A DNA stretch of 64,000 bases, from positions 37,736 to 101,735 of the forward strand of contig CAZDIP010000002.1 in assembly GCA_964505635.1 (NCBI GenBank), in the 5' to 3' direction. Under the pieces are notes generated by a model, which worked only from the letters and a program-made list of their open reading frames with translations, searched no databases and had not been told where the DNA came from. The DNA is from an uncultured Candidatus Saccharibacteria bacterium. GTDB taxonomy: Bacteria > Patescibacteriota > Doudnabacteria > UBA920. Made by a program: the position numbers and the translations under genes. Position 1 is the stretch's first letter; each line of letters starts with the position of its first letter. This document shows, in pieces, positions 27,485-37,224 of the stretch.

Positions 27485-29386
27485 ATGAATTTAAAAACTG
27501 AGGCTTTAAATCTTAAATCCAAAATCAACAGCTTTCCTTCCTCTCCCGGCGTTTACCGCTTTTTAAACAAGGACAACGACGTTTTGTACATTGGCAAAGC
27601 CAAAAATTTGCGCGCGCGGGTAAAACAGTATTTTCAAAACCATGACGAACGCCCGCAAATTCCTTTTTTAATTGCCGAAGCCAAAAACATTGACTATACA
27701 GTGGTAAAAAATGAATTGGAAAGCCTCTACCTAGAGCGCACCTTAATTCAAAAAGACAAGCCTAAATATAATATTCAATTAAGAGACGATAAATCTTACA
27801 CTTTTATTGCGTTTGATTATTCCACAGAAATTCCTCAAATACTCATAACCCGCAGGCTGGGTGATAATAAATTTGAACAAAGACAATTCCGTGATGAAAA
27901 ATCCTCATCTTCCGCTGCCCACCCCTCACTGTTCACTAACCACTATTTCGGCCCCTACGCTGCCGCCTACAAAGTACGTGAACTTTTAAAAACCGTGCGC
28001 TACATTTTTCCCTACTGCACCAACAACAAAATTTCCCAAAAACCATGTTTTTACTATCACCTGCACCGCTGTCCAGGCGTTTGCATTGCCCAAATTTCTT
28101 TGGAAGAATATAAACAGCACTTGGAAAAAATCAAATTATTTTTAAAAGGCGATGTCAAAACTGTAAAAAAACAGCTGCAAAATGAAATGCGGGCAGCCAG
28201 CCAAAAAAAACTTTTTGAAAAAGCCGCGAGATTCAGAAACCAGCTTAAGGCTTTGGAAATAGTGGAAAACAAACAAAGCGTGATTATTCCTAAAAAAGTG
28301 GCCTGGGACGTAATTGGCTCCAAACAAACGAATAATAATATTTGCGTTACGCTCTTAAAAGTCAGGGAAGGAAAATTAACAGATAAAGAAAACTTTATAT
28401 ACACCGATCCGAACCTGCGAATGAATCCGAATGACCCGAAAATTTTAGAAAAATTTTTAGAGGACTACTATTTACAAACCAGCGACCCTCCTCAAAAAAT
28501 CTACTTGCCAAACAAAGTAGATAATTCAAATTTAATTGGACAAGTATTAAAAGAACGCTTTGAAAAAAAAGTCCAAATTATTCAGGCCACCCAAAAGCAG
28601 CCGCTGAATTTGATAAAAATTGCGCGAGACAATGCTTACGAATATTTAAGGCAGGAAGAAATAAAAAACGCGGGCGATTTGGACAAAATAAACGCCGCGC
28701 TACAGCAGTTAAAAGACATACTGAATTTGCCGGCTACGCCAAAACGCATAGAATGCTACGACATTTCCAATATTCAAGGAACTAACGCGGTTGGCAGCAT
28801 GGTGGTTTTTGTTGATGGCAAGCCTTTAAAAGGCCAATACAGAAAATTCAAAATTCGGGGAAAAAACACGCCTGACGACTTTGCCATGATGCGCGAAATG
28901 CTTTCGCGCCGAATGGCACGTTCGTTAAATGATAAAGGCCAAATGTCAGCCGTCAATTATTGGCCCATGCCGGATTTGCTTGTTATTGACGGCGGCAAAG
29001 GCCAGCTCTCTGCAGCGATTGAAATACTTACAGCTTACAACTTACAACTCACAATTCCAGTCATCGGGCTTGCTAAGCGAATAGAAGAAATTTTTGTGCC
29101 AAACAACCCAGTGCCAATAGTTTTGAGCCACGACCAGCCTGCCCTGCAACTACTCCAGCGCCTGCGCGACGAAGCTCACCGTTTTGGCATAACATTTCAC
29201 AGGCAGCTTAGAAGCAAACAGGCCGTAAAATCCGCCTTAGATGAAATTCCCGGTTTGGGGCCAAAGACTAAAAAACTTCTAAAGCAAAAAGTTGGCACGG
29301 TGGCCGATATAAAAAAGACAAGTTTGGAACAGTTGGCAAAAATTACAGGCCAAAAAATGGCGGAAAAAATAAAACAGCTCCTTTAA
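27485..29386 (+). CDS. uvrC: Excinuclease ABC subunit C
   Basis: 633 aa; N-terminal GIY-YIG (SSPGVYRFLNKDNDVLYIGKAKNLRARV), UvrBC-interacting and RNase H-like endonuclease regions, C-terminal helix-hairpin-helix. Confidence 0.95.
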   Translation: MNLKTEALNLKSKINSFPSSPGVYRFLNKDNDVLYIGKAKNLRARVKQYFQNHDERPQIPFLIAEAKNIDYTVVKNELESLYLERTLIQKDKPKYNIQLRDDKSYTFIAFDYSTEIPQILITRRLGDNKFEQRQFRDEKSSSSAAHPSLFTNHYFGPYAAAYKVRELLKTVRYIFPYCTNNKISQKPCFYYHLHRCPGVCIAQISLEEYKQHLEKIKLFLKGDVKTVKKQLQNEMRAASQKKLFEKAARFRNQLKALEIVENKQSVIIPKKVAWDVIGSKQTNNNICVTLLKVREGKLTDKENFIYTDPNLRMNPNDPKILEKFLEDYYLQTSDPPQKIYLPNKVDNSNLIGQVLKERFEKKVQIIQATQKQPLNLIKIARDNAYEYLRQEEIKNAGDLDKINAALQQLKDILNLPATPKRIECYDISNIQGTNAVGSMVVFVDGKPLKGQYRKFKIRGKNTPDDFAMMREMLSRRMARSLNDKGQMSAVNYWPMPDLLVIDGGKGQLSAAIEILTAYNLQLTIPVIGLAKRIEEIFVPNNPVPIVLSHDQPALQLLQRLRDEAHRFGITFHRQLRSKQAVKSALDEIPGLGPKTKKLLKQKVGTVADIKKTSLEQLAKITGQKMAEKIKQLL

Positions 29387-29424
29387 ATAATTTCCCTGCC
29401 CCTCTTTGATCCCTTGACTAAATT

Positions 29425-29453
29425 AGGCAATCTTTGTACAATAATCGGGACTT
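29425..29453 (+). promoter_or_regulatory. Sigma-70-like promoter TTGACT-17nt-TACAAT upstream of secG
   Basis: -35 at 29425-29430, -10 at 29448-29453. Confidence 0.4.
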
Positions 29454-29480
29454 TAAAAAACCAACCAATCTAATCAAAAC

Positions 29481-29696
29481 ATGCGTCAAATCATACAATT
29501 TGCCAATATCCTGGTCATGGTGTTATTGATTACTGTTATTGCGCTCCAAAACAAATCTTCCGGACTTTCAAATATTTTTGGAGGGGCGGGCAATATTGTA
29601 TCCACCCGGCGTGGTTTTGAAAAATGGCTATTTTACGCAACCATTGCCTTAGGCGTTCTGTTTGTGGCAATTAACATCTCTTTCCTGTTTATTTAA
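29481..29696 (+). CDS. secG: Preprotein translocase subunit SecG
   Basis: 71 aa, two transmembrane helices with central Gly-rich segment NIFGGAGNIVSTRRG typical of SecG. Confidence 0.75.
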   Translation: MRQIIQFANILVMVLLITVIALQNKSSGLSNIFGGAGNIVSTRRGFEKWLFYATIALGVLFVAINISFLFI

Positions 29697-29722
29697 AAAA
29701 ACGCCTGGCCAGCCTGGCTGAC

Positions 29723-31456
29723 ATGAATGGTATTTTAGAAAATTCAACGACTTACGCGAGGCAAATTTTTGCCGGCGTAAAAGAAATAAAGCGCCTCAAC
29801 CTTTCCCGCATACGGAAAGTTTTTTCATTAATGGGCAAAAATGAAAAAAGAACGGTACTTGGCTTGGGATTACTGGCCGCTGCCAGCCTAACATGGTCTG
29901 CCTTAAACTTTTATTTAGAGCACACCGAACCGGGGGCAGGGATAGGCGGCAGTTACAAAGAAGCGCTAATAGGACAACCCGTGTACTTAAACCCTTTATT
30001 AGCCCACACCGAAACAGACCTAAGTTTAAGCAAGCTGATTTTTTCCGGCCTATATAAATATGACGGGCAGGGGCAATTAATTCCCGACTTAGCCGAGGGT
30101 ATGCCTCAAATTTCTGAAGACCAAAAAAACTACACAATTAACCTAAAACGTAACGCCAAATGGCACAATGACCAACCGGTAACGGCCGATGACATAATTT
30201 TTACCTTCCAAACCCTCAAAAATCCTGAATACAAAAGTCCGTTAAAAAATCTTTGGCAGTCTACGAACATTGAGAAGCTGAGCGATTACAGCATAAAATT
30301 CACAACTAAAGATATTTCCGGGCCCTTTATATACAATCTTACTCAAGGAATTTTGCCCAAAAATGTTTGGGAAAAAATAGAGCCTCAAAACTTCCTGTTG
30401 TTTCAGGGTAATTTAGAAGCTGTTGGCAGCGGGCAGTATGCCATTAGGGAGATAAAAAAATTAGCCAGCGGCAAAGTTCAAAGCATTAAACTAAAATCTT
30501 ACAGCAATTTCTACGGCGGAAAGCCAAAAATTGAGGAAATAACCTTTGACTTTTACGATACCGAGGAAGATGTTTTAAATGCCCTCCATAGCCGGGAAGT
30601 TACGGCATACGGCTTTATGCCTTTGGGAAGCGAGTTATATTTAGACAAAAACCAGGCTAACTTAAAAATTTATTCCTTACCGCTTCCTCAATACCAGGTT
30701 GCTTTCTTTAACCTTACCAAACCCGTTATCAGCGAAGAAGCGGTACGCAAAGCCTTGGAAAAAGCAGTTGACCGTCAAAAAATTATAGATAAAATTTTTA
30801 AAGGCGACGGGCTTTTACCAAGCTCGCCTTTAAACCCGGAAAATAAAGCCGGTGACTTTGAACCTGAACTGGCCGCGCAAATGCTTGATAAAGCCGGCTG
30901 GAAAATTGACCCCCAAACCAACATACGCAGCAAGCGCAATAGCCAATTGGAAATTACTATTGCCACTAACGACTCTCCGGCCAATGCCAAAGCCGCTGAA
31001 ATGCTGGCTGACGGATGGCGGCAACTGGGCATAAAAGTTAGCCTTAATATCCTTCCAACCAAAACGTTAACTGACGGCGTTATTAGACCAAGAAATTTTG
31101 ATGTCTTAATTTTTCCTCAAAAATTCGGACCTGACCCTGACCCTTTTGTCTTTTGGCATTCCAGTCAAGTCAAAGACCCGGGATTAAACCTGACCGGCTT
31201 TAATTCACCGGATGCGGACAAACTTATAACCCAAGCCCGTTCCACCACCCAAACCCAAATAAGACAAGCTAAATACCGTGAATTAGATAGCCTAATTTCA
31301 GGAACAGTTCCGGTAATCTACCTAAATCAAATGGTATTTTTATACGCTTTAGACGGCCAGATAAAAAATGTCAGCTTAAGCCATCTGTATGAACAGAACT
31401 ATAGGTTTTACGATGTTGGCAATTGGTATATAAATACCCGACGAGTTTGGAAATAG
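29723..31456 (+). CDS. ABC transporter substrate-binding protein, family 5 (oligopeptide/nickel type), membrane-anchored
   Basis: 577 aa; N-terminal transmembrane anchor; family-5 substrate-binding-protein core (ADDIIFTFQTLKNPEY, FDVLIFPQKFGPDPDPF). Confidence 0.85.
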   Translation: MNGILENSTTYARQIFAGVKEIKRLNLSRIRKVFSLMGKNEKRTVLGLGLLAAASLTWSALNFYLEHTEPGAGIGGSYKEALIGQPVYLNPLLAHTETDLSLSKLIFSGLYKYDGQGQLIPDLAEGMPQISEDQKNYTINLKRNAKWHNDQPVTADDIIFTFQTLKNPEYKSPLKNLWQSTNIEKLSDYSIKFTTKDISGPFIYNLTQGILPKNVWEKIEPQNFLLFQGNLEAVGSGQYAIREIKKLASGKVQSIKLKSYSNFYGGKPKIEEITFDFYDTEEDVLNALHSREVTAYGFMPLGSELYLDKNQANLKIYSLPLPQYQVAFFNLTKPVISEEAVRKALEKAVDRQKIIDKIFKGDGLLPSSPLNPENKAGDFEPELAAQMLDKAGWKIDPQTNIRSKRNSQLEITIATNDSPANAKAAEMLADGWRQLGIKVSLNILPTKTLTDGVIRPRNFDVLIFPQKFGPDPDPFVFWHSSQVKDPGLNLTGFNSPDADKLITQARSTTQTQIRQAKYRELDSLISGTVPVIYLNQMVFLYALDGQIKNVSLSHLYEQNYRFYDVGNWYINTRRVWK

Positions 31457-31533
31457 GTTTAGGGATAAAAGCAAGTAACGATGACATCAAAACACCTTTA
31501 TGGCTTATACAAAATACTTTATACTACCTTTAT

Positions 31534-31804
31534 GCCGCGGTGGCGAAATTGACAGATTCACCCCGCACCATTTTCAAAAATATCATTCCTTGTTTAGGGC
31601 GAGTGGCGGAATTGGCATACGCGTACGTTTCAGGTACGTATGAGCGAAAGCTCGTGAGGGTTCAAGTCCCTCCTCGCCCACCAAAGTTAATTTGCCAATA
31701 AAATGGTGCGGGGCGCGTACGCTTTCCGCCTTAGTTAAAACATCGGCGGACAGGCAGGTGCGTACGACCGCAAGGTCATGAGAGTTCAAATCTCTCCCGC
31801 GGCA
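31534..31804 (+). ncRNA. Split tRNA-like sequence: 5' tRNA-like half and 3' half (T-arm + complementary 7-bp acceptor strand) separated by about 256 nt that contain tRNA-Leu(CAG) and a 14-bp long-range helix
   Basis: 5' GCCGCGGTGGCGAAATTGACAGA (31534-) resembles a class II tRNA start; 3' GAGAGTTCAAATCTCTC-CCGCGGC-A (31780-31804); CCCCGCACCATTTT (31561-31574) pairs with AAAATGGTGCGGGG (31700-31713). Confidence 0.3.
31597..31683 (+). tRNA. tRNA-Leu (anticodon CAG), CCA encoded
   Basis: Acceptor GGGCGAG/CTCGCCC; D-arm GCGG-AATTGGCATA-CGCG; anticodon stem TACGT/ACGTA with loop TTCAGGT; long variable arm; T-arm GAGGG-TTCAAGT-CCCTC; discriminator A + CCA. Confidence 0.85.
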
Positions 31805-31858
31805 TCAGTTATACCTCTAGCTTAAACGCCCTAAAGCGATTTTCTTATAATTTTAATC

Positions 31859-31887
31859 TCTTGACAAAAAAGTAAAAAAGGCGTATA
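31859..31887 (+). promoter_or_regulatory. Consensus sigma-70 promoter TTGACA-17nt-TATAAT, about 200 nt upstream of the RNase J gene (long leader)
   Basis: -35 at 31859-31864, -10 at 31882-31887. Confidence 0.55.
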
Positions 31888-32092
31888 ATTATATTGTTAT
31901 TTTAAGTCTAGCGAAACTAAAATTATCAAATTTCAAATAACATCTCTTTAATGATTTTATCTGTGATTTGCTAATTGCGAGCAAGTTTTAAATCCGGTCG
32001 GCCGAGTAGGCACTGGGTTAAAACGATCTTTTAGATCTTTATTTAATTTGGCCTCTACGCAAAGGGCCAGGAAAATTTATACGTAAGCAAGT

Positions 32093-34039
32093 GTGTTTGA
32101 GTTTTATGCAAACGACTCAATGACTCACGAGCAACAACTCAGTATGATTAAAAAAAATATGCCGCGGCGCTACGGACAGCACAAACCAACTTCCCATCAG
32201 CCGCACAGAAACCCAGGCGCTGCGCAACCACAGCGCCCGGTGGAATCCAAACCCGATCGTTTGGATATGCTTATTAACAAAGCAACCAGTTTGATTTCCG
32301 GTAATTTAGGCAGGCAAAACCAGGAAAATAATTTTTCCGGAAAACCCACCAGCCGCTATACCGCCTCCAGGCAAAACTTAAGGATTATTCCTATGGGAGG
32401 AGTGGAAGAAGTTGGTGAAAATATGACAGCCCTGGAATATGGCGATGACATTATTGTCATAGACATGGGTTTAGCTTTCCCCGACGACACCATGCCGGGC
32501 ATTGACTATATAATCCCGGACACCAAATGGCTGGAAGACAACAAACGCCGCATCCGCGGGGTTATAATTACCCACGGCCACTTAGACCACATAGGCGCGG
32601 TTCCCTACATTTTGCCTAAATTAGGCGACCCTCCGGTTTATACCATGGCTTTAACCGCCGGCTTTATAAAAAAACGCCTTGAAGAATTCGGGTTATTAGG
32701 CCGAAGCAAGTTAAATGTTTTAACCAAAGACGACGTATTGGCATTGGGTAATTTTAAGGTCAGATTTTTCAGGCTTAACCACTCCATTCCCGACAGTATG
32801 GGTCTTAGCATTGTCACGCCGGTAGGACAAATCATCTACGCTACAGACTGGAAATTTGACCACACCCCGGCAGACGGCAAACCCACGGAATTTGATAAAA
32901 TCGCGCGCTTTGGAGCGGAAGGCGTATTGCTTTTAATGTCCGACTCCACCAACGCGGTCAAGCCGGGCTACTGCGCTTCGGAGAGAGAAATAGGCCTAAC
33001 CATAGACAGGACTTTTTCTGACATAAAAGGAAGGGTAATTTTCGCCAACTTCTCCACCAACATTGCTCGCATTCAGCAAGTTTTTGATGCCGCGGCAAAA
33101 TACAACCGCAAAGTCATAGTTACCGGACGCAGCTTGGTAAATAATATAGAAATTGCCTTGTCTTTGGGTTATTTAAAAATCCAACCCAAAATTATTGTTA
33201 AGTCCGAACAGGCCAAAAAATTCCCCGACAACCAGATTGTAATTTTAACTACCGGCGCCCAAGGCGAAGAAGCCGCCGGCTTAGCCCGCATTGCCCGCGG
33301 CGACCATAAAACCGTTAAAATTAAAAAAGGCGATACCACCATTGTCTCCGCCTCCCCCATCCCGGGCAACGAGCGGGCCATTTCGGCCATGCTTTCCAAC
33401 CTTACCCGCTTAGGCAGCCATGTAATATACAACAAAACATTGGATATTCATACCTCCGGCCATGCCCACCAGGAAGAATTAAAGTTAATGATAGCCTTAA
33501 CCAAGCCTAAATATTTTATGCCTATTCACGGCGAACACCACATGATAGTCGCTCACGCCGAACTGGCAAAAACCATGGGCATCCCCCAGGAAAATATTTT
33601 TACTTTGGACAACGGACAAATTTTGGAAGTTGGCAGCGACCGCGTAGCCAAGCCCACCACAGACGAAAAAATTTCCTCGGGCTATGTCTTTATAGACGGC
33701 CTGGGAGTGGGTGATGTAGGCGAAGTGGTAATTCGCGACCGCCAGGTAATGGCGCAAGACGGCATGTTTGTAATAATTCTGACATTAGACCGCCGCAGCG
33801 GCAAACTAATAAACCAACCGGATATTATTTCCCGGGGCTTTATTTACATGAAAGGCAACGACGACCTAATTAGAGAAGTTAAGCATGAGGTAAGAAAGCT
33901 TACAGAAAACAAGGGTAAAGAAAAACTTGAGCCCAACTACGCTTACTTAAGAAATATTATCCGCGACGAAATCGGCGAATACCTCTACCAAAAAACCGAA
34001 AGACGCCCAATGATTTTGCCGGTCATAATTGAAATATAA
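32093..34039 (+). CDS. rnj: Ribonuclease J (metallo-β-lactamase / β-CASP) with about 100-aa basic/Gln/Pro-rich N-terminal extension; start uncertain (GTG at 32093 or a downstream ATG)
   Basis: LRIIPMGGVEEVGENM, VIITHGHLDHIGAVPY (HxHxDH), β-CASP and C-terminal domain collinear with RNase J. Confidence 0.9.
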   Translation: MFEFYANDSMTHEQQLSMIKKNMPRRYGQHKPTSHQPHRNPGAAQPQRPVESKPDRLDMLINKATSLISGNLGRQNQENNFSGKPTSRYTASRQNLRIIPMGGVEEVGENMTALEYGDDIIVIDMGLAFPDDTMPGIDYIIPDTKWLEDNKRRIRGVIITHGHLDHIGAVPYILPKLGDPPVYTMALTAGFIKKRLEEFGLLGRSKLNVLTKDDVLALGNFKVRFFRLNHSIPDSMGLSIVTPVGQIIYATDWKFDHTPADGKPTEFDKIARFGAEGVLLLMSDSTNAVKPGYCASEREIGLTIDRTFSDIKGRVIFANFSTNIARIQQVFDAAAKYNRKVIVTGRSLVNNIEIALSLGYLKIQPKIIVKSEQAKKFPDNQIVILTTGAQGEEAAGLARIARGDHKTVKIKKGDTTIVSASPIPGNERAISAMLSNLTRLGSHVIYNKTLDIHTSGHAHQEELKLMIALTKPKYFMPIHGEHHMIVAHAELAKTMGIPQENIFTLDNGQILEVGSDRVAKPTTDEKISSGYVFIDGLGVGDVGEVVIRDRQVMAQDGMFVIILTLDRRSGKLINQPDIISRGFIYMKGNDDLIREVKHEVRKLTENKGKEKLEPNYAYLRNIIRDEIGEYLYQKTERRPMILPVIIEI

Positions 34040-34159
34040 TCAAAACTGACCCCGCCCTTAGTAAGGGCGGGGTCTTTAAATGTTAATTTCCATACCCAAA
34101 CTATAAAAACACGCGCCCGCGCGTTTTGTAAGTAAAAATGTTTTTGTTATAATAAATTT

Positions 34160-35137
34160 ATGAAAAAAGAAACTTATGTAGCAGGCTGCAGGGCAACAGG
34201 CAAGCTGCATGTCGGAAACTATTTAGGCTTAATAAAGGACCTATTAACAACCCAAGAAGCTCAAAACTTGGAGCGTTTTTATTTTATTGCCGATTTACAT
34301 GCTATAACCACCCCCTTTGAGCCAAAAGAATTAAAAAGCAACACCTTAGACCTGGCGGCCAGTTATTTGGCTGCCGGCATAGACCCAAGCAAAACTGTAT
34401 TTTTTGCCCAAAATCAGGTAATGGAGCACGCGTGGCTAACTTGGATATTTAATTGCCTAATTCCTCTGGGCGAACTGGAAAGAATGACGCAATATAAAGA
34501 CAAGGCCAAACAACATAACCAAAATATAAACGCAGGGCTTTTGATTTACCCAAGCTTAATGGCAGCTGACATTTTAATTTACAAACCCACCTCTATTCCC
34601 GTTGGCGAGGATCAAATCCAGCACGTAGAGCTATCCAGGATAATAGCCAGAAAATTCAACAACAAATTCGGCCAAACTTTTCCGGAACCGAAAACCTACC
34701 TTAGAAAACCGTTAAGGATAATGTCCTTAACCGACCCAACCAAAAAAATGAGCAAAACCGGAGACGAAGCTTTGTTGCTTGACGACGAACCAAAAGAAAT
34801 TGCCCGCAAATTAAAAAAAGCAGTTACGGCTTCTGAGCCAGGTAAAAAAAGCCCGGGCGAAGAAAATTTGATGCTTTTGCTTTCTCATTTCGGAAAAGAA
34901 GATTCTATAAGATATTTCACCGAAGCCCAAAATACCGGCAAATTAAAATACTCGGAACTAAAAGAAACACTGGCAGAAAGCATTTCCGGCTATTTTGCGG
35001 AATTTCGGGAAAAGAAAAAAGATCTGCTGGCCAAGCCGGACCACCTAGCCCAGGTTTTGGGAGACGGCGCACAAAAAGCGCGCGAAGTTGCCGGCCAAAC
35101 CTTAGTAGAAGTCAAACAAAAAATTGGTCTTTTATAA
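34160..35137 (+). CDS. trpS: Tryptophanyl-tRNA synthetase
   Basis: 325 aa class I aminoacyl-tRNA synthetase; HVGNYLG (HIGH-type) and KMSKTGDE (KMSKS); size typical of TrpRS. Confidence 0.9.
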   Translation: MKKETYVAGCRATGKLHVGNYLGLIKDLLTTQEAQNLERFYFIADLHAITTPFEPKELKSNTLDLAASYLAAGIDPSKTVFFAQNQVMEHAWLTWIFNCLIPLGELERMTQYKDKAKQHNQNINAGLLIYPSLMAADILIYKPTSIPVGEDQIQHVELSRIIARKFNNKFGQTFPEPKTYLRKPLRIMSLTDPTKKMSKTGDEALLLDDEPKEIARKLKKAVTASEPGKKSPGEENLMLLLSHFGKEDSIRYFTEAQNTGKLKYSELKETLAESISGYFAEFREKKKDLLAKPDHLAQVLGDGAQKAREVAGQTLVEVKQKIGLL

Positions 35138-35143
35138 ACACTA

Positions 35144-35171
35144 GCCCCCGCCTTTGCGGGGGTTTTTGTTT
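35144..35171 (+). terminator. Rho-independent terminator CCCCCGC-CTTT-GCGGGGG + TTTTTGTTT
   Basis: Immediately downstream of trpS. Confidence 0.75.
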
Positions 35172-35191
35172 ACAAAAGAAAGGAGGCTGCT

Positions 35192-35515
35192 ATGCCAAGT
35201 TGGGCAACGCAGTTTTTGGAAATTCATTTCCAGAAGCCCTGCGAAGCAGTACTTCTGGAACAACAAACACCAGATGTCTGGTGTGGATTAAATATCTGTC
35301 ACACTCGGCCTCACAGACACCATAACATTCTTATCTTGTTGGTTTATGGTGGTACATTTGACCCTTCCACAATACCTCCCTCAGTGACCATAATAAAAAA
35401 AGTAGAATTCAAGCAAAACGGTCACCTACCGAATTTTGAATGGCCTGACTGGAAACATAGTCAGCTACAAAAACCAGTCATTCTATTTGAAAGGAATTCA
35501 CATGCAAGAACTTGA
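35192..35515 (+). CDS. Hypothetical protein (His/Cys-containing, 107 aa)
   Basis: ORF preceded by AGGAGG-like GAAAGGAGG; no recognisable family. Confidence 0.3.
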   Translation: MPSWATQFLEIHFQKPCEAVLLEQQTPDVWCGLNICHTRPHRHHNILILLVYGGTFDPSTIPPSVTIIKKVEFKQNGHLPNFEWPDWKHSQLQKPVILFERNSHART

Positions 35516-35777
35516 GTTCGTGTATGAATTTCAAAAGCCAGAAGAAGCGCAGGCCGCGCTCGGCCACCTCTCGTGGCTGCAGTTTAACGGACACAACGTG
35601 TCCGGCTGCGCCGAAAACGGCTCTTCCGTCACCATCACGGTCTGGTTTCGCCGCCACGACCCAGATCAAGTAGAAGAGCTCCGCAACGAGCTCGGCGCCT
35701 TAAGCGCCACCCCCGCCCAACCGACGCAAAACGACGATCGCCCCCAAGCGACCGCCGTTTTCATTTTGTTTACTTAA
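35502..35777 (+). CDS. Hypothetical small protein, GC-rich (about 60%)
   Basis: 91 aa starting MQELEFVYEF; strong GC shift relative to neighbours; overlaps the 3' end of the upstream ORF. Confidence 0.3.
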   Translation: MQELEFVYEFQKPEEAQAALGHLSWLQFNGHNVSGCAENGSSVTITVWFRRHDPDQVEELRNELGALSATPAQPTQNDDRPQATAVFILFT

Positions 35778-37125
35778 ATTTTTCTATCTGTTCCGTGACT
35801 TCCTTGGTTTTATTTTCAAGCAAATCCTTACTGCTCGCCTCAACGTTCAGCCTAATTAACGGTTCAGTGTTGGAGGCGCGCAAATTAAATCTCCACTCCG
35901 GGTAATTAAAATCCACGCCGTCAATCTCATCTATTTTAGCATCGGCATAAAAACTTTTAATGCCCGCTAAAGTTTGTTTTAAATCTCTAACTTTAAAATT
36001 TATTTCCTCTGAAATAAAAAATTTCTCTCTAAGCGGAGCCAACACTTCCGAAAAAGCCCTGTCCGCCTGCGACAAAATATCCAAAACAGCCAAAAAAGGA
36101 ATCAGTCCGTTGTCCAAATAAAAATTTTCCTTAAAAAAATAATGCCCCGAAGTTTCGCAGCCAAATACCACATCTTCTTTTATCATCCGCTCTTTTATAA
36201 ACGAATGCCCGGCCTTGTTCATAACCGAAACACCTTTATTTTTTTCCACCAGATAATCTATAACCCTCACTACCCGTGTGTCGTGAAGTATTTTCCCGCC
36301 GGGGTATTTTTTTAAATAGTACTCGGCCAATAAAGCATTTATGTATGCCGGGGTAACAAACTCCCCTTTTTGGTCAAAACAAAAAAACCGGTCAGCATCC
36401 CCGTCCCAGGCCACGCCCAAGTCAGGCTTGTGTTCTTTTATAGCCTCTATAGTTTCTGCCCGGTTGGAAGGAAGCAAAGGATCGGAAGGACCTTTGGGAA
36501 AATTGCCGTCCAAATGGCCGTTTAAAACTTCCACAAATTCCACCGGCAAAATAGTTTTTAATTTTTCTATGGCCGGATTAATCATGCCGAAATTGGCGTT
36601 AGCCACAATCTTAAAAGGTTTAATGCGGCTAATATTAAAGCTTTTTAAGACATGATTGTAATACGCTTCGGTAATGTCCGCCTTTTCAACACTTCCCCTG
36701 TTTGGCAAATCTTCTAAAAGCTGGCCGGAAATGACCATATCCCGAATTTGGTAAATGCCGCTGTCTCCGGAAATTGGCCTGCCTTTTTCCCTGACCATTT
36801 TTAACCCGCCATATTCCTTGGGGTTGTGGCTGGCGGTAATTTGGATGCCCCCGTCAACCGGCAAAGTCGCAGCCGCAAAATACAGCTGGTCAGTGGACAC
36901 CAGGCCAATGTCTATAACATCAACACCGGTCTTAGTCAGACTGTCTATGGCTGCTGCCTTAAACTCAGCCCCGGAAAGCCTCATGTCACAACCCACCACA
37001 ACCTTTTTTGGCTTTAAAAAAGCCGCGTAAGCCCTGGCTATCTTATATACAATATCCGCATTGATTTGCGTAGGATATACCCCCCGAATGTCATAGGCCT
37101 TAAAAATACTTTGATCTATATTCAT
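35770..37125 (-). CDS. Phosphoglucomutase/phosphomannomutase (α-D-phosphohexomutase family)
   Basis: 451 aa; active-site TASHNPKEYGG, metal-binding DGDADR, four-domain layout. Confidence 0.9.
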   Translation of the reverse strand: MNIDQSIFKAYDIRGVYPTQINADIVYKIARAYAAFLKPKKVVVGCDMRLSGAEFKAAAIDSLTKTGVDVIDIGLVSTDQLYFAAATLPVDGGIQITASHNPKEYGGLKMVREKGRPISGDSGIYQIRDMVISGQLLEDLPNRGSVEKADITEAYYNHVLKSFNISRIKPFKIVANANFGMINPAIEKLKTILPVEFVEVLNGHLDGNFPKGPSDPLLPSNRAETIEAIKEHKPDLGVAWDGDADRFFCFDQKGEFVTPAYINALLAEYYLKKYPGGKILHDTRVVRVIDYLVEKNKGVSVMNKAGHSFIKERMIKEDVVFGCETSGHYFFKENFYLDNGLIPFLAVLDILSQADRAFSEVLAPLREKFFISEEINFKVRDLKQTLAGIKSFYADAKIDEIDGVDFNYPEWRFNLRASNTEPLIRLNVEASSKDLLENKTKEVTEQIEKFK

Positions 37126-37224
37126 AAACTTATTTTAACATAAAATACAACAGGCAGGCTTTGTCCTAAGGCACGCTCACGCGCCCCGAACAAAGCCTGC
37201 CCTGCAAAGATAATTCAATGAAGA

